Assembly: GCA_004297735.1 (NCBI GenBank) | Contig: SCTI01000002.1 | Location: forward strand, 64,160-128,159 | Direction: 5' to 3' | DNA length: 64,000 nucleotides | From: Patescibacteria group bacterium | GTDB lineage: Bacteria > Patescibacteriota > Saccharimonadia > UBA4664 > SCTI01 | In this document: piece by piece, positions 7,971 through 17,308 of the stretch | Numbering within the stretch: the stretch's first letter is position 1 | Layout of the letters: each line of letters opens with the position of its first letter | Made by a program: the position numbers and the translations under genes | The notes under the pieces: model-generated | Told to the model about the DNA's origin: nothing | Database searches by the model: none | What the model saw: only the letters and a program-made list of their open reading frames with translations

Positions 7971-9248
7971 CTACAGGCCGACCTTGCGCTTCTCTAGCTC
8001 CTTAACCACCGACCCTAGTGGAATCATCTCCTGAGCACCGGAGCGCATATCGCGCAAAATTACGGTCTCTTCTTGAATCTCCTTTTGGCCAATAATGATG
8101 GCGTAAGGCACGTTTAGTTTGTTAGCCCGCTCTAGCTGCGGACCGATGCCGTCGCGATCAACCGCCCCAACCGCGCCAACACCAGAATCAAGCAGCTGCT
8201 CGATTAGAGCAAAGGCGCCTATCCGAGCCGGTTCGCCAAGGCTCGCGACGTACACCTTTACGGCGTGCTCTTGCGGCAGCTCAACCCCCTCTTCTTTTAG
8301 CTCCAGCAGAACCCGCTCCAAACCGATGCCAAAGCCGGCCGCGGGGGTGGGCTTACTTCCGCCCAACTGCTGCACTAAATTATCGTAGCGCCCGCCGGCA
8401 CCCAGGCTGCTCTGTGAGCCTTCGCGTTCACCGTAAAACTCAAACACGGTGTGAGTGTAATAGTCTAAACCGCGAACCAGCAGTGGGTTCAGTTCGTAGT
8501 TAATCTGCATGGCATCCAGGTATTCTAGTACCGCTTCAAAATGCTGCTTGCTTGACTCCGATAGGTAGTTAAGAATTTGCGGTGCCTGCGCCACAATCTT
8601 TTTGGTGGCCCGTTCCTTCGAATCAAGCACCCGCAGCGGGTTGGACTTTAGCCGCTTGCGATCCACCTCGGGCAGCTCCGACTCGTAATCTTTAAGGTAG
8701 GCGGTTAGCGCCTTGAGGTAGTCTTTGCGGTCCTGCTGATCACCTAAGCTATTAAGCTGCAGGGTGACGTTACGCAGGCCAATCATGCGGTAAAAACGCA
8801 TCGCCAGCATCATAATGTGAGCTTCGATGCTTGGCGAACCGTCGCCAATAACCTCTACCCCCAGCTGGTTGAACTGGCGCTGACGACCGGCTTGAGGACG
8901 ATCGTAGCGAAACACCGGACCAGCAAACATTAGACGAACCGGCTGCGGCAAGCTGGCCATACCGTGTTCGATGTAGGCTCGAACCATACCAGCGGTTGGT
9001 TCAGGTCGGAGCGCCACTTCCTTATCGGAGCGGTCGGTAAAAGCGTAGAGCTCCTTGTCGACCACATCGGTACCTTCGCCCACACTCCGTACAAACACCT
9101 CTTTTTCTTCCATAATCGGAAGCTCAATTGGTTCAAAACCGGCGGCACCGGCTAGATGCCTAAAGGTGTCGGTTAGGTATTGATGAGCTTGTTGTTGCTC
9201 CGGCAGTATATCTGGCATACCTCGAACGTGCTGAAACTTTTTGGCCAC
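7971..9248 (-). CDS. hisS: Histidine--tRNA ligase
   Basis: 425 aa class II aaRS with HisRS motifs; GGGAGAAGAG RBS. Confidence 0.92.
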   Translation of the reverse strand: MAKKFQHVRGMPDILPEQQQAHQYLTDTFRHLAGAAGFEPIELPIMEEKEVFVRSVGEGTDVVDKELYAFTDRSDKEVALRPEPTAGMVRAYIEHGMASLPQPVRLMFAGPVFRYDRPQAGRQRQFNQLGVEVIGDGSPSIEAHIMMLAMRFYRMIGLRNVTLQLNSLGDQQDRKDYLKALTAYLKDYESELPEVDRKRLKSNPLRVLDSKERATKKIVAQAPQILNYLSESSKQHFEAVLEYLDAMQINYELNPLLVRGLDYYTHTVFEFYGEREGSQSSLGAGGRYDNLVQQLGGSKPTPAAGFGIGLERVLLELKEEGVELPQEHAVKVYVASLGEPARIGAFALIEQLLDSGVGAVGAVDRDGIGPQLERANKLNVPYAIIIGQKEIQEETVILRDMRSGAQEMIPLGSVVKELEKRKVGL

Positions 9249-9480
9249 AGTATCTCTTCTCCCTACAATCGTAAAACTGACCTAAAGGCTACCACAGATT
9301 AGAGGTCGGGTTCAAGGCTGCCCGCGGGTGGATTGGGCTAGTAGCTTGGGTGAACAAAGCACTCTAATTTTAGGTAGTAAAAAATTTTAAGTACTAAATT
9401 AGAGTGCTTTGCGGCCAGTCGTACCGCCGGCCTACCGCTGCATCACCGACTATTGCATAAAAAATGTATACGTAATTTTT
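9249..9480 (-). promoter_or_regulatory. Structured 5' leader of hisS with a 16 bp AT-rich stem (CAAAGCACTCTAATTT...AAATTAGAGTGCTTTG) and a GGCGGTAC(GA)C box; possible T-box-like regulatory leader, or the relA terminator plus the hisS promoter
   Basis: Long perfect inverted repeat read directly; only partial resemblance to the T-box consensus AGGGTGGNACCGCG. Confidence 0.3.
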
Positions 9481-9492
9481 ACAGGGGCTGTG

Positions 9493-11682
9493 TTAGTTTA
9501 ATACGGTCTGTTTTTCAACCGAAGTCACTCCGTTTTGTAGGCGCAATTCTTGAATTAAGGCGCTCAACGAGAATAAATCGGCCACCTCAACCGTAACGTC
9601 AATGATTGAACGCTCCTCATTCTTACCCTCGTTGTACGTAGCAATTTTAACAATGTTAATACCACGACTAGAGATCAATCCGGTAATGTCATGAACCAGC
9701 CCCAGCCGGTTTTGACAAATCAGGTGCAATTCCGCCTCAACCAAATGAACCTGCATGCTTCCGGGCCGACCCCAGGCACATTCAAACAGTCTTTCGTCAT
9801 CGTTCGGAATATTTTGACAGCCTTTACGGTGCACCGTTACTCCTTTACCTCGAGTAATATACCCAACAATGGCATCGGGTTGCTCCGGGTTGCAGCAGGG
9901 CGCGGTAGAACAAGGTAGCTCCGGCGCGCCCACCACATGCGGCCTAGCGATTGGGCTAGTAGTTGTTTGTTTAACAACGCTTTTTGGCGCCTGAGCATGG
10001 TTGAGGTGCGACAACAAGCGCCGCAAGGCCGAAGCCAACGATAGCGAACCATCGCCCACCGCCGCTAGCAATGAGTCAGCATCATGTAGGTTGAGGTCCT
10101 GGCAGGCTCGGTTGATATTGGCCTTACCAATGTCATCAAACCGCTTTAGACCCCACGTACCTAACTGAGCCTCAATCAGCTGCCGGCCGGTAACAATGTT
10201 GGCGTCGCGACTGGCGGCTTTGAACCAACTTTTTATACGACTTCGTGCCCCGGTGGTCTTAACAAAGTTGAGCCACTGACGATTGGGGGCCGGCTGCTTA
10301 CGCGTGATAATCTCCACCACGTCGCGGTTTTCGAGCGGACGGTCTAGTGGCGCAATTCGGTGGTTTACCCGCGCCCCCTGGGTGCGCAAGCCAACGTCGG
10401 TATGAACCGCAAAAGCAAAGTCGACCGGGGTGGCCCCTTCGGGCAGATCATAAAGGTCGCCCATGGGAGAGAACACAAAGATCCGATCGCGGAACAGATC
10501 AACCTTTAAGTCCTGCATCATGTCGCTGCTGCCGGTTTGCTGAGCCGACAGTGATGCTAAATCTTGAATCCAACTTAGCTTTTTGTTAGGCTTGGCAGCC
10601 GCTTCGCCCTGACGATAACCCTCACCCTGCTTGTGGAGGTCGTACAGCACGTGCGAGGCCAAGCCATACTCTGCCTCTTGGTGCATCTCCGGTGTACGAA
10701 TCTGTACCTCAATAATTCGGCCGTACTTAGCAAAGACCGTGGTGTGGAGCGAACGATAGCCATTGGGCTTTGGCACCGAAATATAGTCTTTGATTCGGTA
10801 TATGAGGGGTTTATATGACTGGTGTAGCAATCCTAGTGCCTGATAGCAGTCGGTGATGCTTGGCACAATAATGCGCAGCGCGGTTAGGTCGTAGATCTTG
10901 GTAATGTCACCATCGGTTTTGGTAAGCTTGCGGTAAATACTGTAGAGGTGCTTGTTACGACCACTCAGCGAATGTGCCTCGATACCATGTTGGCGCAGCA
11001 AAGCGTCTACGTCCTGGCCGAGCTCATCAATGTACTCGCGATTTTCTACCCGGTGGTGAGCCGCCAGCTTCTGAACCAGCTTAAAGGCTACCGGGTTGGC
11101 ATACTCAAAGGCCAGATCCTCCATTTCGGCTTTAAGCGCACCCATACCCAACCGGTCGGCCAGCGGAGCGTAAACGGTTAAACTTTCTTCGGCAATACGG
11201 TGTTGTTTGGCTTCCGGAAGATAGCCCAGCGTCTGCAGGTTGTGTCGCCGATCGGCCAACTTGATCATCAACACCCGCATATCCTTACTCATCGCCAGCA
11301 GCAACTTGCGCATGTTTTCGATACTCGCCGCCTGGCGCTGCTCGGTGGTCTGATCAATTTTGGTGTAACGGACCGTACCAAGCTTGGTAACACCATCAAC
11401 CAATGAGGTGATGGTTGGGCCAAACTGGTCGCTCATTTGCTGCTCGGTTACCGCGGTATCCTCCAGTACATCGTGGAGCAACCCCGCTGCCACGGTTTGA
11501 GCATCCATGCCGATCTCCATAAGGTAGAGCGCTACCTGGCGAGGGTGCTCAATGTAGGATTCGCCACTTTTACGCAGCTGGCCGTCATGTGCCGTGGCTG
11601 CCACCGCATCGGCCAGTTCAATTAACTTACGATCGTCGGCCTGGTACCGTTTTAATTCAGCCTTAAACTCTGCCTGCGACAT
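9493..11682 (-). CDS. relA: Bifunctional (p)ppGpp synthetase/hydrolase RelA/SpoT
   Basis: 729 aa with HD, RelA_SpoT, TGS and ACT regions. Confidence 0.92.
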   Translation of the reverse strand: MSQAEFKAELKRYQADDRKLIELADAVAATAHDGQLRKSGESYIEHPRQVALYLMEIGMDAQTVAAGLLHDVLEDTAVTEQQMSDQFGPTITSLVDGVTKLGTVRYTKIDQTTEQRQAASIENMRKLLLAMSKDMRVLMIKLADRRHNLQTLGYLPEAKQHRIAEESLTVYAPLADRLGMGALKAEMEDLAFEYANPVAFKLVQKLAAHHRVENREYIDELGQDVDALLRQHGIEAHSLSGRNKHLYSIYRKLTKTDGDITKIYDLTALRIIVPSITDCYQALGLLHQSYKPLIYRIKDYISVPKPNGYRSLHTTVFAKYGRIIEVQIRTPEMHQEAEYGLASHVLYDLHKQGEGYRQGEAAAKPNKKLSWIQDLASLSAQQTGSSDMMQDLKVDLFRDRIFVFSPMGDLYDLPEGATPVDFAFAVHTDVGLRTQGARVNHRIAPLDRPLENRDVVEIITRKQPAPNRQWLNFVKTTGARSRIKSWFKAASRDANIVTGRQLIEAQLGTWGLKRFDDIGKANINRACQDLNLHDADSLLAAVGDGSLSLASALRRLLSHLNHAQAPKSVVKQTTTSPIARPHVVGAPELPCSTAPCCNPEQPDAIVGYITRGKGVTVHRKGCQNIPNDDERLFECAWGRPGSMQVHLVEAELHLICQNRLGLVHDITGLISSRGINIVKIATYNEGKNEERSIIDVTVEVADLFSLSALIQELRLQNGVTSVEKQTVLN

Positions 11683-11683
11683 C

Positions 11684-13369
11684 TCACTGAATACCCTTTA
11701 GCACCAGCTGCAGCGTTGATTTACCTTGGTACTGATTGTGTTCTAATAAAGCATGTACCGCCACCTCTTGGCCGGAGCGAAGATTGGGATAGTCTTGGGC
11801 CAAGTTAAAGCCGACCGACTCAAAAATCAATCCTTCGGGGCTAGCTAATCGTAACTTAAGATGCTGCTGGTTTTTACCAATAGTATCGAGGGACACCACC
11901 TTGAGGTTGCGAACCTCGAACACCGGCTGGGTGTTGCCCTGACCAAACGGTTCCAGCTGAGCTAGGGCATGGTACAGCTCCCAGTTCAGCTGGTTGGCGT
12001 CATCAAGATCAATATCGGCAACCCGGTCATTGGTGACCTCAAGCTCCGGCTCAACCTCCAGAAAGTGTTCATTGAGCCCCTGTCGTAACAGATTGATGTT
12101 GTCGGCCGGCAAGGTGAAACCAGCGGCCCCGGCATGCCCTCCAAACCGATCAAACAGCTCGGCGTTGGCGGTGATGCCGTCAATTAGAGGGTAGCCCCCA
12201 GCGCTACGGCCAGACCCCTTGGCTACGCCGTCTCTTAGTTCTAGGACCAAAGCTGGCTTACCCCAGCTTTCGGCCAGCTTAGAAGCCACAATACCCACCA
12301 CTCCGGCCGGCCAGCTACTGTCAGCCAGCACCAGCACCGGATCGCTGGCGTAATCGGCCGCTAGCGCGTTGGCCTCTTCAAAGATACGCTGCTGCTCCAG
12401 TTGGCGCTGATGGTTGAGCTCTTCGAGCTGAAAAGCCAACTGCTGCGCCACAATGGGATCCTTAGTCAGCAATAGCTCTAAGCTGAAGTTGGCATGCTCC
12501 ATCCGACCGGCGGCATTTAAGCGCGGTCCCAGCACAAAACCAATCTGGAACGCCCGCAGCGATTCCGGCTCAACCCCAGCACTTTGCATTAAAGCCACCA
12601 GCCCGACCCGCTTGGTTTTTTGCAGCACCACCAGGCCGTACTTTACCAGGGCACGATTCTCGCCCACTAGCGGCATAACATCACAAACGGTGCCCAGCGC
12701 TACCAGATCAAGTAGCCATTTTTCTTGGCCAACATCCGGCATTCCGGTGCGACTCTGCAGCGCCCGCACCAGCGCAAAGGCTACCCCTACGCCTGCCAGC
12801 TCCTTAAACGGATACTCGTCCCCCGGGCGCTTAGGGTTAACCACCGCTACCGCCTGTGGTATTTGATCCGGGACCTCATGATGATCGGTGATAACCATGT
12901 CGATGCCATGTTCGGCGGCCCAAGCCGCCTCGGCCACCGCGGTTATACCGCAATCAACCGTCAGCACCAGGGTGACGCCCTGGGCCGCTAGCTGCTCTAA
13001 AGCCGCTTGGTTCACACCATAGCCCTCTTTGTAGCGATCCGGTATGTAGCTGAGCGGCTCCAATCCATGAGCCTCCAGCACCTCAACCATCAAAGCGGTT
13101 GAGGACACCCCGTCTATATCGTAATCGCCATAAACCGCCACCTTCTCGCCGGCCACAATCGCACGCTGCAACCGCTCAACCGCCTTGGTCATATCGGTCA
13201 TCAAAAAGGGGTCGGCCAGGTCACGGTGGTAGTCGGGGCGCAAAAAGCGATCAATCGCCTCTTCGCCTTCGATGCCACGCTTGCGCAACAAGTCGCGAAC
13301 CAGCGGTGGGAGTTCACTGGTCGACACCATGGTTTGGTCTATATTTGTACTCGAATCATAACCACTCAT
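11684..13369 (-). CDS. recJ: Single-stranded-DNA-specific exonuclease RecJ
   Basis: 561 aa with DHH and DHHA1 motifs (VITDHH). Confidence 0.9.
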   Translation of the reverse strand: MSGYDSSTNIDQTMVSTSELPPLVRDLLRKRGIEGEEAIDRFLRPDYHRDLADPFLMTDMTKAVERLQRAIVAGEKVAVYGDYDIDGVSSTALMVEVLEAHGLEPLSYIPDRYKEGYGVNQAALEQLAAQGVTLVLTVDCGITAVAEAAWAAEHGIDMVITDHHEVPDQIPQAVAVVNPKRPGDEYPFKELAGVGVAFALVRALQSRTGMPDVGQEKWLLDLVALGTVCDVMPLVGENRALVKYGLVVLQKTKRVGLVALMQSAGVEPESLRAFQIGFVLGPRLNAAGRMEHANFSLELLLTKDPIVAQQLAFQLEELNHQRQLEQQRIFEEANALAADYASDPVLVLADSSWPAGVVGIVASKLAESWGKPALVLELRDGVAKGSGRSAGGYPLIDGITANAELFDRFGGHAGAAGFTLPADNINLLRQGLNEHFLEVEPELEVTNDRVADIDLDDANQLNWELYHALAQLEPFGQGNTQPVFEVRNLKVVSLDTIGKNQQHLKLRLASPEGLIFESVGFNLAQDYPNLRSGQEVAVHALLEHNQYQGKSTLQLVLKGIQ

Positions 13370-13452
13370 CTTGGCCTAAGTATACAGCACATTTAAGAAC
13401 TAAATAATTGCTCGGTAGCGGCCCACACCGGAATGTGTAGGCCGCTCAATGA

Positions 13453-13854
13453 CTAGAACCAGGTGTTGTCTACGACCGAACCGTACGGCAGACCAACTCC
13501 TGGAGGCATGTTCAGGCGATACTTCGCCGCCTCTTCCTGCCTCTCCCACCGCTCGAGCAACCCAATCACTCGGTGACAGAACGACTGATCCTCTATCGAG
13601 CAGTCGATCATGGCCTGATGGTTGGCCCACCAGGTTGCGCGGGCGGTGGACGGGTCGTAAACCCGCCCGTCAGCGTTGGGGCTGCACTTGAGCACCCACT
13701 CCAGCGCGACGCACTCGATGTAGGTCAGCCCGGCCGCTACGAAGTCGCAGCTGCCGTCGGCACGAAGATGCAACTGGTAGCGACGGTGCGCCTCGCGAAG
13801 CGATGGCGTGGGTCGCAGCTGCCGCTTGATGGCCTTGAACAAACTACTCAGCAT
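13453..13854 (-). CDS. Hypothetical protein, member B of a tandem three-paralog family (about 133 aa; internal ATG preceded by a GGAGGAGA RBS)
   Basis: Shares RRY-x5-A[ED]G and V[IT]xxL[DAE][RW]W[DLE] blocks with the two upstream ORFs; start overlaps stop of A (ACATGCTGA). Confidence 0.6.
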   Translation of the reverse strand: MLSSLFKAIKRQLRPTPSLREAHRRYQLHLRADGSCDFVAAGLTYIECVALEWVLKCSPNADGRVYDPSTARATWWANHQAMIDCSIEDQSFCHRVIGLLERWERQEEAAKYRLNMPPGVGLPYGSVVDNTWF

Positions 13855-14231
13855 GTCGTCTCCTCCAGTCGACCAGGCTGATTGACGGTACGAGCTTGGC
13901 TTGAGGCCAGCTCGATCTGACTCTGCCCTTCCCTGCTGTACATCAGCCACCAGTCGAGCACCTTGATGACGTCGATCGCCATCATGCGCGTTGCGTCGGT
14001 AGCCAATGGAGAATCACGTATGCCCGTCCAGTGATCGAGTAGTCGGTGGATCTGGCTCCAGCCTACAGGCTTAAGCTGGCAGTAGGCGGTTAACTCAGCC
14101 TTGGTAACCACTACATGCAGACTAAACGACTCATCCTGCTCGGCCCGCTCGATATACCGAGCCACCTTCTCGTAAGCGATTGGCCAAGCGCGGTGGTTGG
14201 TCCACCACTGGCGCAGTGCCCTAAAGTGCAT
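13848..14231 (-). CDS. Hypothetical protein, member A of the tandem three-paralog family (127 aa)
   Basis: GAGGAGG RBS; paralogous blocks as above; high-GC segment. Confidence 0.6.
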   Translation of the reverse strand: MHFRALRQWWTNHRAWPIAYEKVARYIERAEQDESFSLHVVVTKAELTAYCQLKPVGWSQIHRLLDHWTGIRDSPLATDATRMMAIDVIKVLDWWLMYSREGQSQIELASSQARTVNQPGRLEETTC

Positions 14232-14246
14232 GTCAGCCTCCTCGAC

Positions 14247-14621
14247 CTAGCAGGTCGTTTTTCCCGTCATGCCACTCGGTGCCACCAACGCCTCGGTAGT
14301 ACTGGTCGTGCCACTACGAGCCTGGCGGTCCCAACGAGCCAAAACCGCCGTAACAAAACCTCGGCGCAAAGAGATGCTGGGATCTGTGTGATCCAGAATC
14401 TCCACTCGAGCCGCGAAAGCTTGCTGGGCATTTGAAAACCCATCCCGCCACTGCGCGGCATCGAATTCGCGGCGCAGCAGCCAGACCGAGCGAATTTCGC
14501 CCTCTGCAGCGGCGTACCTCCTGAGCGCTACCTCCTCACTGGCGTACCGACAGGTCGGTAGCACAACCAGGGCGCGAAGAAACTGGCGCCATCCAGGCCA
14601 AACGATCTTCATCAGACTCAC
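14247..14621 (-). CDS. Hypothetical protein, member C of the tandem three-paralog family (124 aa)
   Basis: Paralogous blocks; like A it ends in ...TTC with a duplicated ACGACNTGCT junction. Confidence 0.6.
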   Translation of the reverse strand: MSLMKIVWPGWRQFLRALVVLPTCRYASEEVALRRYAAAEGEIRSVWLLRREFDAAQWRDGFSNAQQAFAARVEILDHTDPSISLRRGFVTAVLARWDRQARSGTTSTTEALVAPSGMTGKTTC

Positions 14622-14734
14622 CCCTTTCGGGCGTTGTAAAGGACTTGCGTACTGCTTACGGTACTACACGTTACTGAGCAGAATACGCCTACCAGCAGGT
14701 AAAATCAATCCGATTATGCCTGCTTAATAAATAT

Positions 14735-15016
14735 TTAATTAACGCGGCGTTTGGAGGCTTGGGATTTAAGGACAATGCTTTGGAGCTCGCGGTAAAGAGC
14801 AAAGCGCTGGTTGGCGCTGTAAACAACGGTGTTTGACTCCTTTGAGGACTTAACAAAGCCAATTGATTCAAGCTTTTTGAGTTCGCGCTGAACGTTACCG
14901 GGATCTTCGCGGATCATCTGGGCCAACGATCTAACATGCGCCTTTACATCCGGATACTTGGTAAAGACGGTGATAATTTTACGGCGGGTTTTAGATGTGA
15001 TAAACACGTCTAGCAT
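14735..15016 (-). CDS. Small winged-helix (ArsR/MarR-like) transcriptional regulator
   Basis: 93 aa; helix-turn-helix plus wing pattern (..SLAQMIREDPGNVQRELKKLESIGFV..). Confidence 0.55.
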   Translation of the reverse strand: MLDVFITSKTRRKIITVFTKYPDVKAHVRSLAQMIREDPGNVQRELKKLESIGFVKSSKESNTVVYSANQRFALYRELQSIVLKSQASKRRVN

Positions 15017-15057
15017 TGTGACTTCTACAACTCTTTATAGAAGCTATACTACCGGAG

Positions 15058-15960
15058 CTATGGCCGTTTGGCAATCCGCTTTTGCTTGTAATTATGCCAA
15101 CTTACCAGCAAAGGTGCGGCGTTAAAGATTGAGGAGTAGGTGCCGGCAGCAATACCTATTAGGAGTGCCAACACAAACTGCTGAATCGACTGGCCGCCAA
15201 ACAGATAAAGTGCCAGAAGTGTTAAAAGAACGGTTAATGAAGTGTTGAGTGAACGAGCCAAGGTTTCAAGAATACTGTTGTTGACGATTTGCTCAAACTC
15301 CCCACGTTGGCGGCGCAGATTCTCGCGAATTCGGTCAAACACCACAATGGTATCGTGCACCGAAAAACCAATTACGGTTAAGATTGCCGTAACAAACAAG
15401 GCATCAATCTCAACCTCAAAGAAGACTCCCAGTAGCGAGAACACTCCCAGTAGCAAAAAGGCATCGTGGAGCATGGTAATAATAGCAGTGACACCAAAGT
15501 TCCAACTGGTCATTGGCGGTGGTACATTGCGGAAGGCAAAGGCGATGTACAGCACAATAGCCAGCGAGGCCAGAGCGATGCTAATAACGGCCTTTTTAGT
15601 AATGTCGGCACTAACCGATGGACCAACGTTTTCGTAACGTACCTCTGGATGACCGGAGCCTTGTAGCTGCGAGGATAATGTCTGCCGATCAAGCTGTTGG
15701 CGCTTCACATCATCGCTACTGCTACGGTAACGGATCAGGGTGTTGTTGCCGGCACTAATAACGGTAACATCTTTGAGCTGTTGCTGATCGGCGATACGCA
15801 GCACCTCGACCTGCTCTACCCCACCCTGCACCTCCATTAACTGACCGCCCCTAAAATCGATACCCAACTTAAGGCCATGCAACATTAATGAGATTGCGCC
15901 TGGTACAATGATGGCCAGCGAAATAGCGTACCACAGCTTGCGTCGTCCGATTATGTTCAT
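15058..15960 (-). CDS. secF: Protein translocase subunit SecF
   Basis: 300 aa, six TM, SecD/SecF family. Confidence 0.88.
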   Translation of the reverse strand: MNIIGRRKLWYAISLAIIVPGAISLMLHGLKLGIDFRGGQLMEVQGGVEQVEVLRIADQQQLKDVTVISAGNNTLIRYRSSSDDVKRQQLDRQTLSSQLQGSGHPEVRYENVGPSVSADITKKAVISIALASLAIVLYIAFAFRNVPPPMTSWNFGVTAIITMLHDAFLLLGVFSLLGVFFEVEIDALFVTAILTVIGFSVHDTIVVFDRIRENLRRQRGEFEQIVNNSILETLARSLNTSLTVLLTLLALYLFGGQSIQQFVLALLIGIAAGTYSSIFNAAPLLVSWHNYKQKRIAKRP

Positions 15961-17300
15961 GGTCGCTCCACCTCCGCACTGCGCACACCGTAAAAGCTTG
16001 GCTTTTGGCCCCAGCTGTAGCGCAAGCTAAGGCGCAAAAGCGTACGCGTCACCACGATGGCGGTAAACATGCTTATGAGCACACCCAAGCCCAGGGTTAC
16101 GGCAAACCCTTTAATCAGCGCGGTCCCCGAAAACAGGTACAGAATTACGCAGGTAATGATGGTGGCAACGTTGGAATCACGAATCGAGGTCCAGGCTCGA
16201 TCAAAGGCCGACTCTAAGGCGGTAGCAAAGGCCTTACCGCTACGTAGCTCTTCCTTCATTCGTTCAAACACTAGGATGTTAGCGTCAACCGCCATACCAA
16301 TACTCAAGATGAATCCAGCGGTTCCAGCCAGGGTTAGAACGATGGAATACGGAGTCAGGCCACTGATTTTATAAATCGTTAATGTCAGTAGCGTATAAAT
16401 AATAAGCGCACCAACGGCAAACACTCCGGCCAAGCGGTAATACGCCACCATAAAGGCTGCCACAACAGCCAAGCCGATAATACCGGCGACCAAGCTCTTG
16501 GCGATCGACTCGCGACCCAGGGTGGGGCCAACGGTGCGCTCTTCGACCAGGGTTACCGGAATCGGCAAAGCGCCGGCGGTAATCTGGTCGGCCACGGTGC
16601 GGGCCTCGGCGATTGAACCAAAGTTGCCCTCCAACTGGGCCCGCCCGTCGGTAATTGGCGAGCTAACGGTGGCCGGCCCAAAGATTGGCTGGTCATCCAG
16701 CAGGGTTAGCAGCTGGCCGTTGGTCTTATTTAGGCGGGTGGTGAGATCACCAAACTGCTTGGTGGCCGGACCCTTCATCTGGAGCGTAACCACCGGTTGG
16801 TTGGACTGACTAAAGCCCACCTCGGCCTTTTCGACGTCCTTACCGGTAATCCCGGTCTCGGTAGGCGTTTGGGTTGAGGGATCAACCTCTAAAAAGGTTA
16901 GCTGCGCGGTCTTACCAATCTTGTTAACCGCCTCAGCCACATTTTGAACCCCTGGCAGCTCAACGATTACACGATCGCTACCCTGACGCTGAACGGTGAT
17001 CTCGGAGGTACCGGCCGGGTTGGCGCGCTTTTGGATTACGTCAATGAGGCCGGTCATGGCCTTTTCGCGGTCGGTTTGGTTGAGCTTGGCCAGCTCAGCC
17101 GCATCGGCCTTAAAGACCAAGTGGGCGCCACCCTGTAAGTCGAGTCCCTGCTTAACCTCCAGGTTGACGTTCTTAATTCCGACAAGTTTAAGCAGGTCGC
17201 TTTCTCGCGGCCAGGTGATAAGTGCGGTGACAATGGTCAGCGCCAGGATTAGCCAAACTTTGGTTCGTAAACTCACAACGTAGTGTAGTGTAGCGTACAA
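15957..17300 (-). CDS. secD: Protein translocase subunit SecD (true start probably the GTG at 17276)
   Basis: 447 aa SecD with periplasmic domain and RND-like TM bundle; overlaps secF by 4 nt. Confidence 0.88.
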   Translation of the reverse strand: MYATLHYVVSLRTKVWLILALTIVTALITWPRESDLLKLVGIKNVNLEVKQGLDLQGGAHLVFKADAAELAKLNQTDREKAMTGLIDVIQKRANPAGTSEITVQRQGSDRVIVELPGVQNVAEAVNKIGKTAQLTFLEVDPSTQTPTETGITGKDVEKAEVGFSQSNQPVVTLQMKGPATKQFGDLTTRLNKTNGQLLTLLDDQPIFGPATVSSPITDGRAQLEGNFGSIAEARTVADQITAGALPIPVTLVEERTVGPTLGRESIAKSLVAGIIGLAVVAAFMVAYYRLAGVFAVGALIIYTLLTLTIYKISGLTPYSIVLTLAGTAGFILSIGMAVDANILVFERMKEELRSGKAFATALESAFDRAWTSIRDSNVATIITCVILYLFSGTALIKGFAVTLGLGVLISMFTAIVVTRTLLRLSLRYSWGQKPSFYGVRSAEVERP

Positions 17301-17308
17301 TTAAGAGT

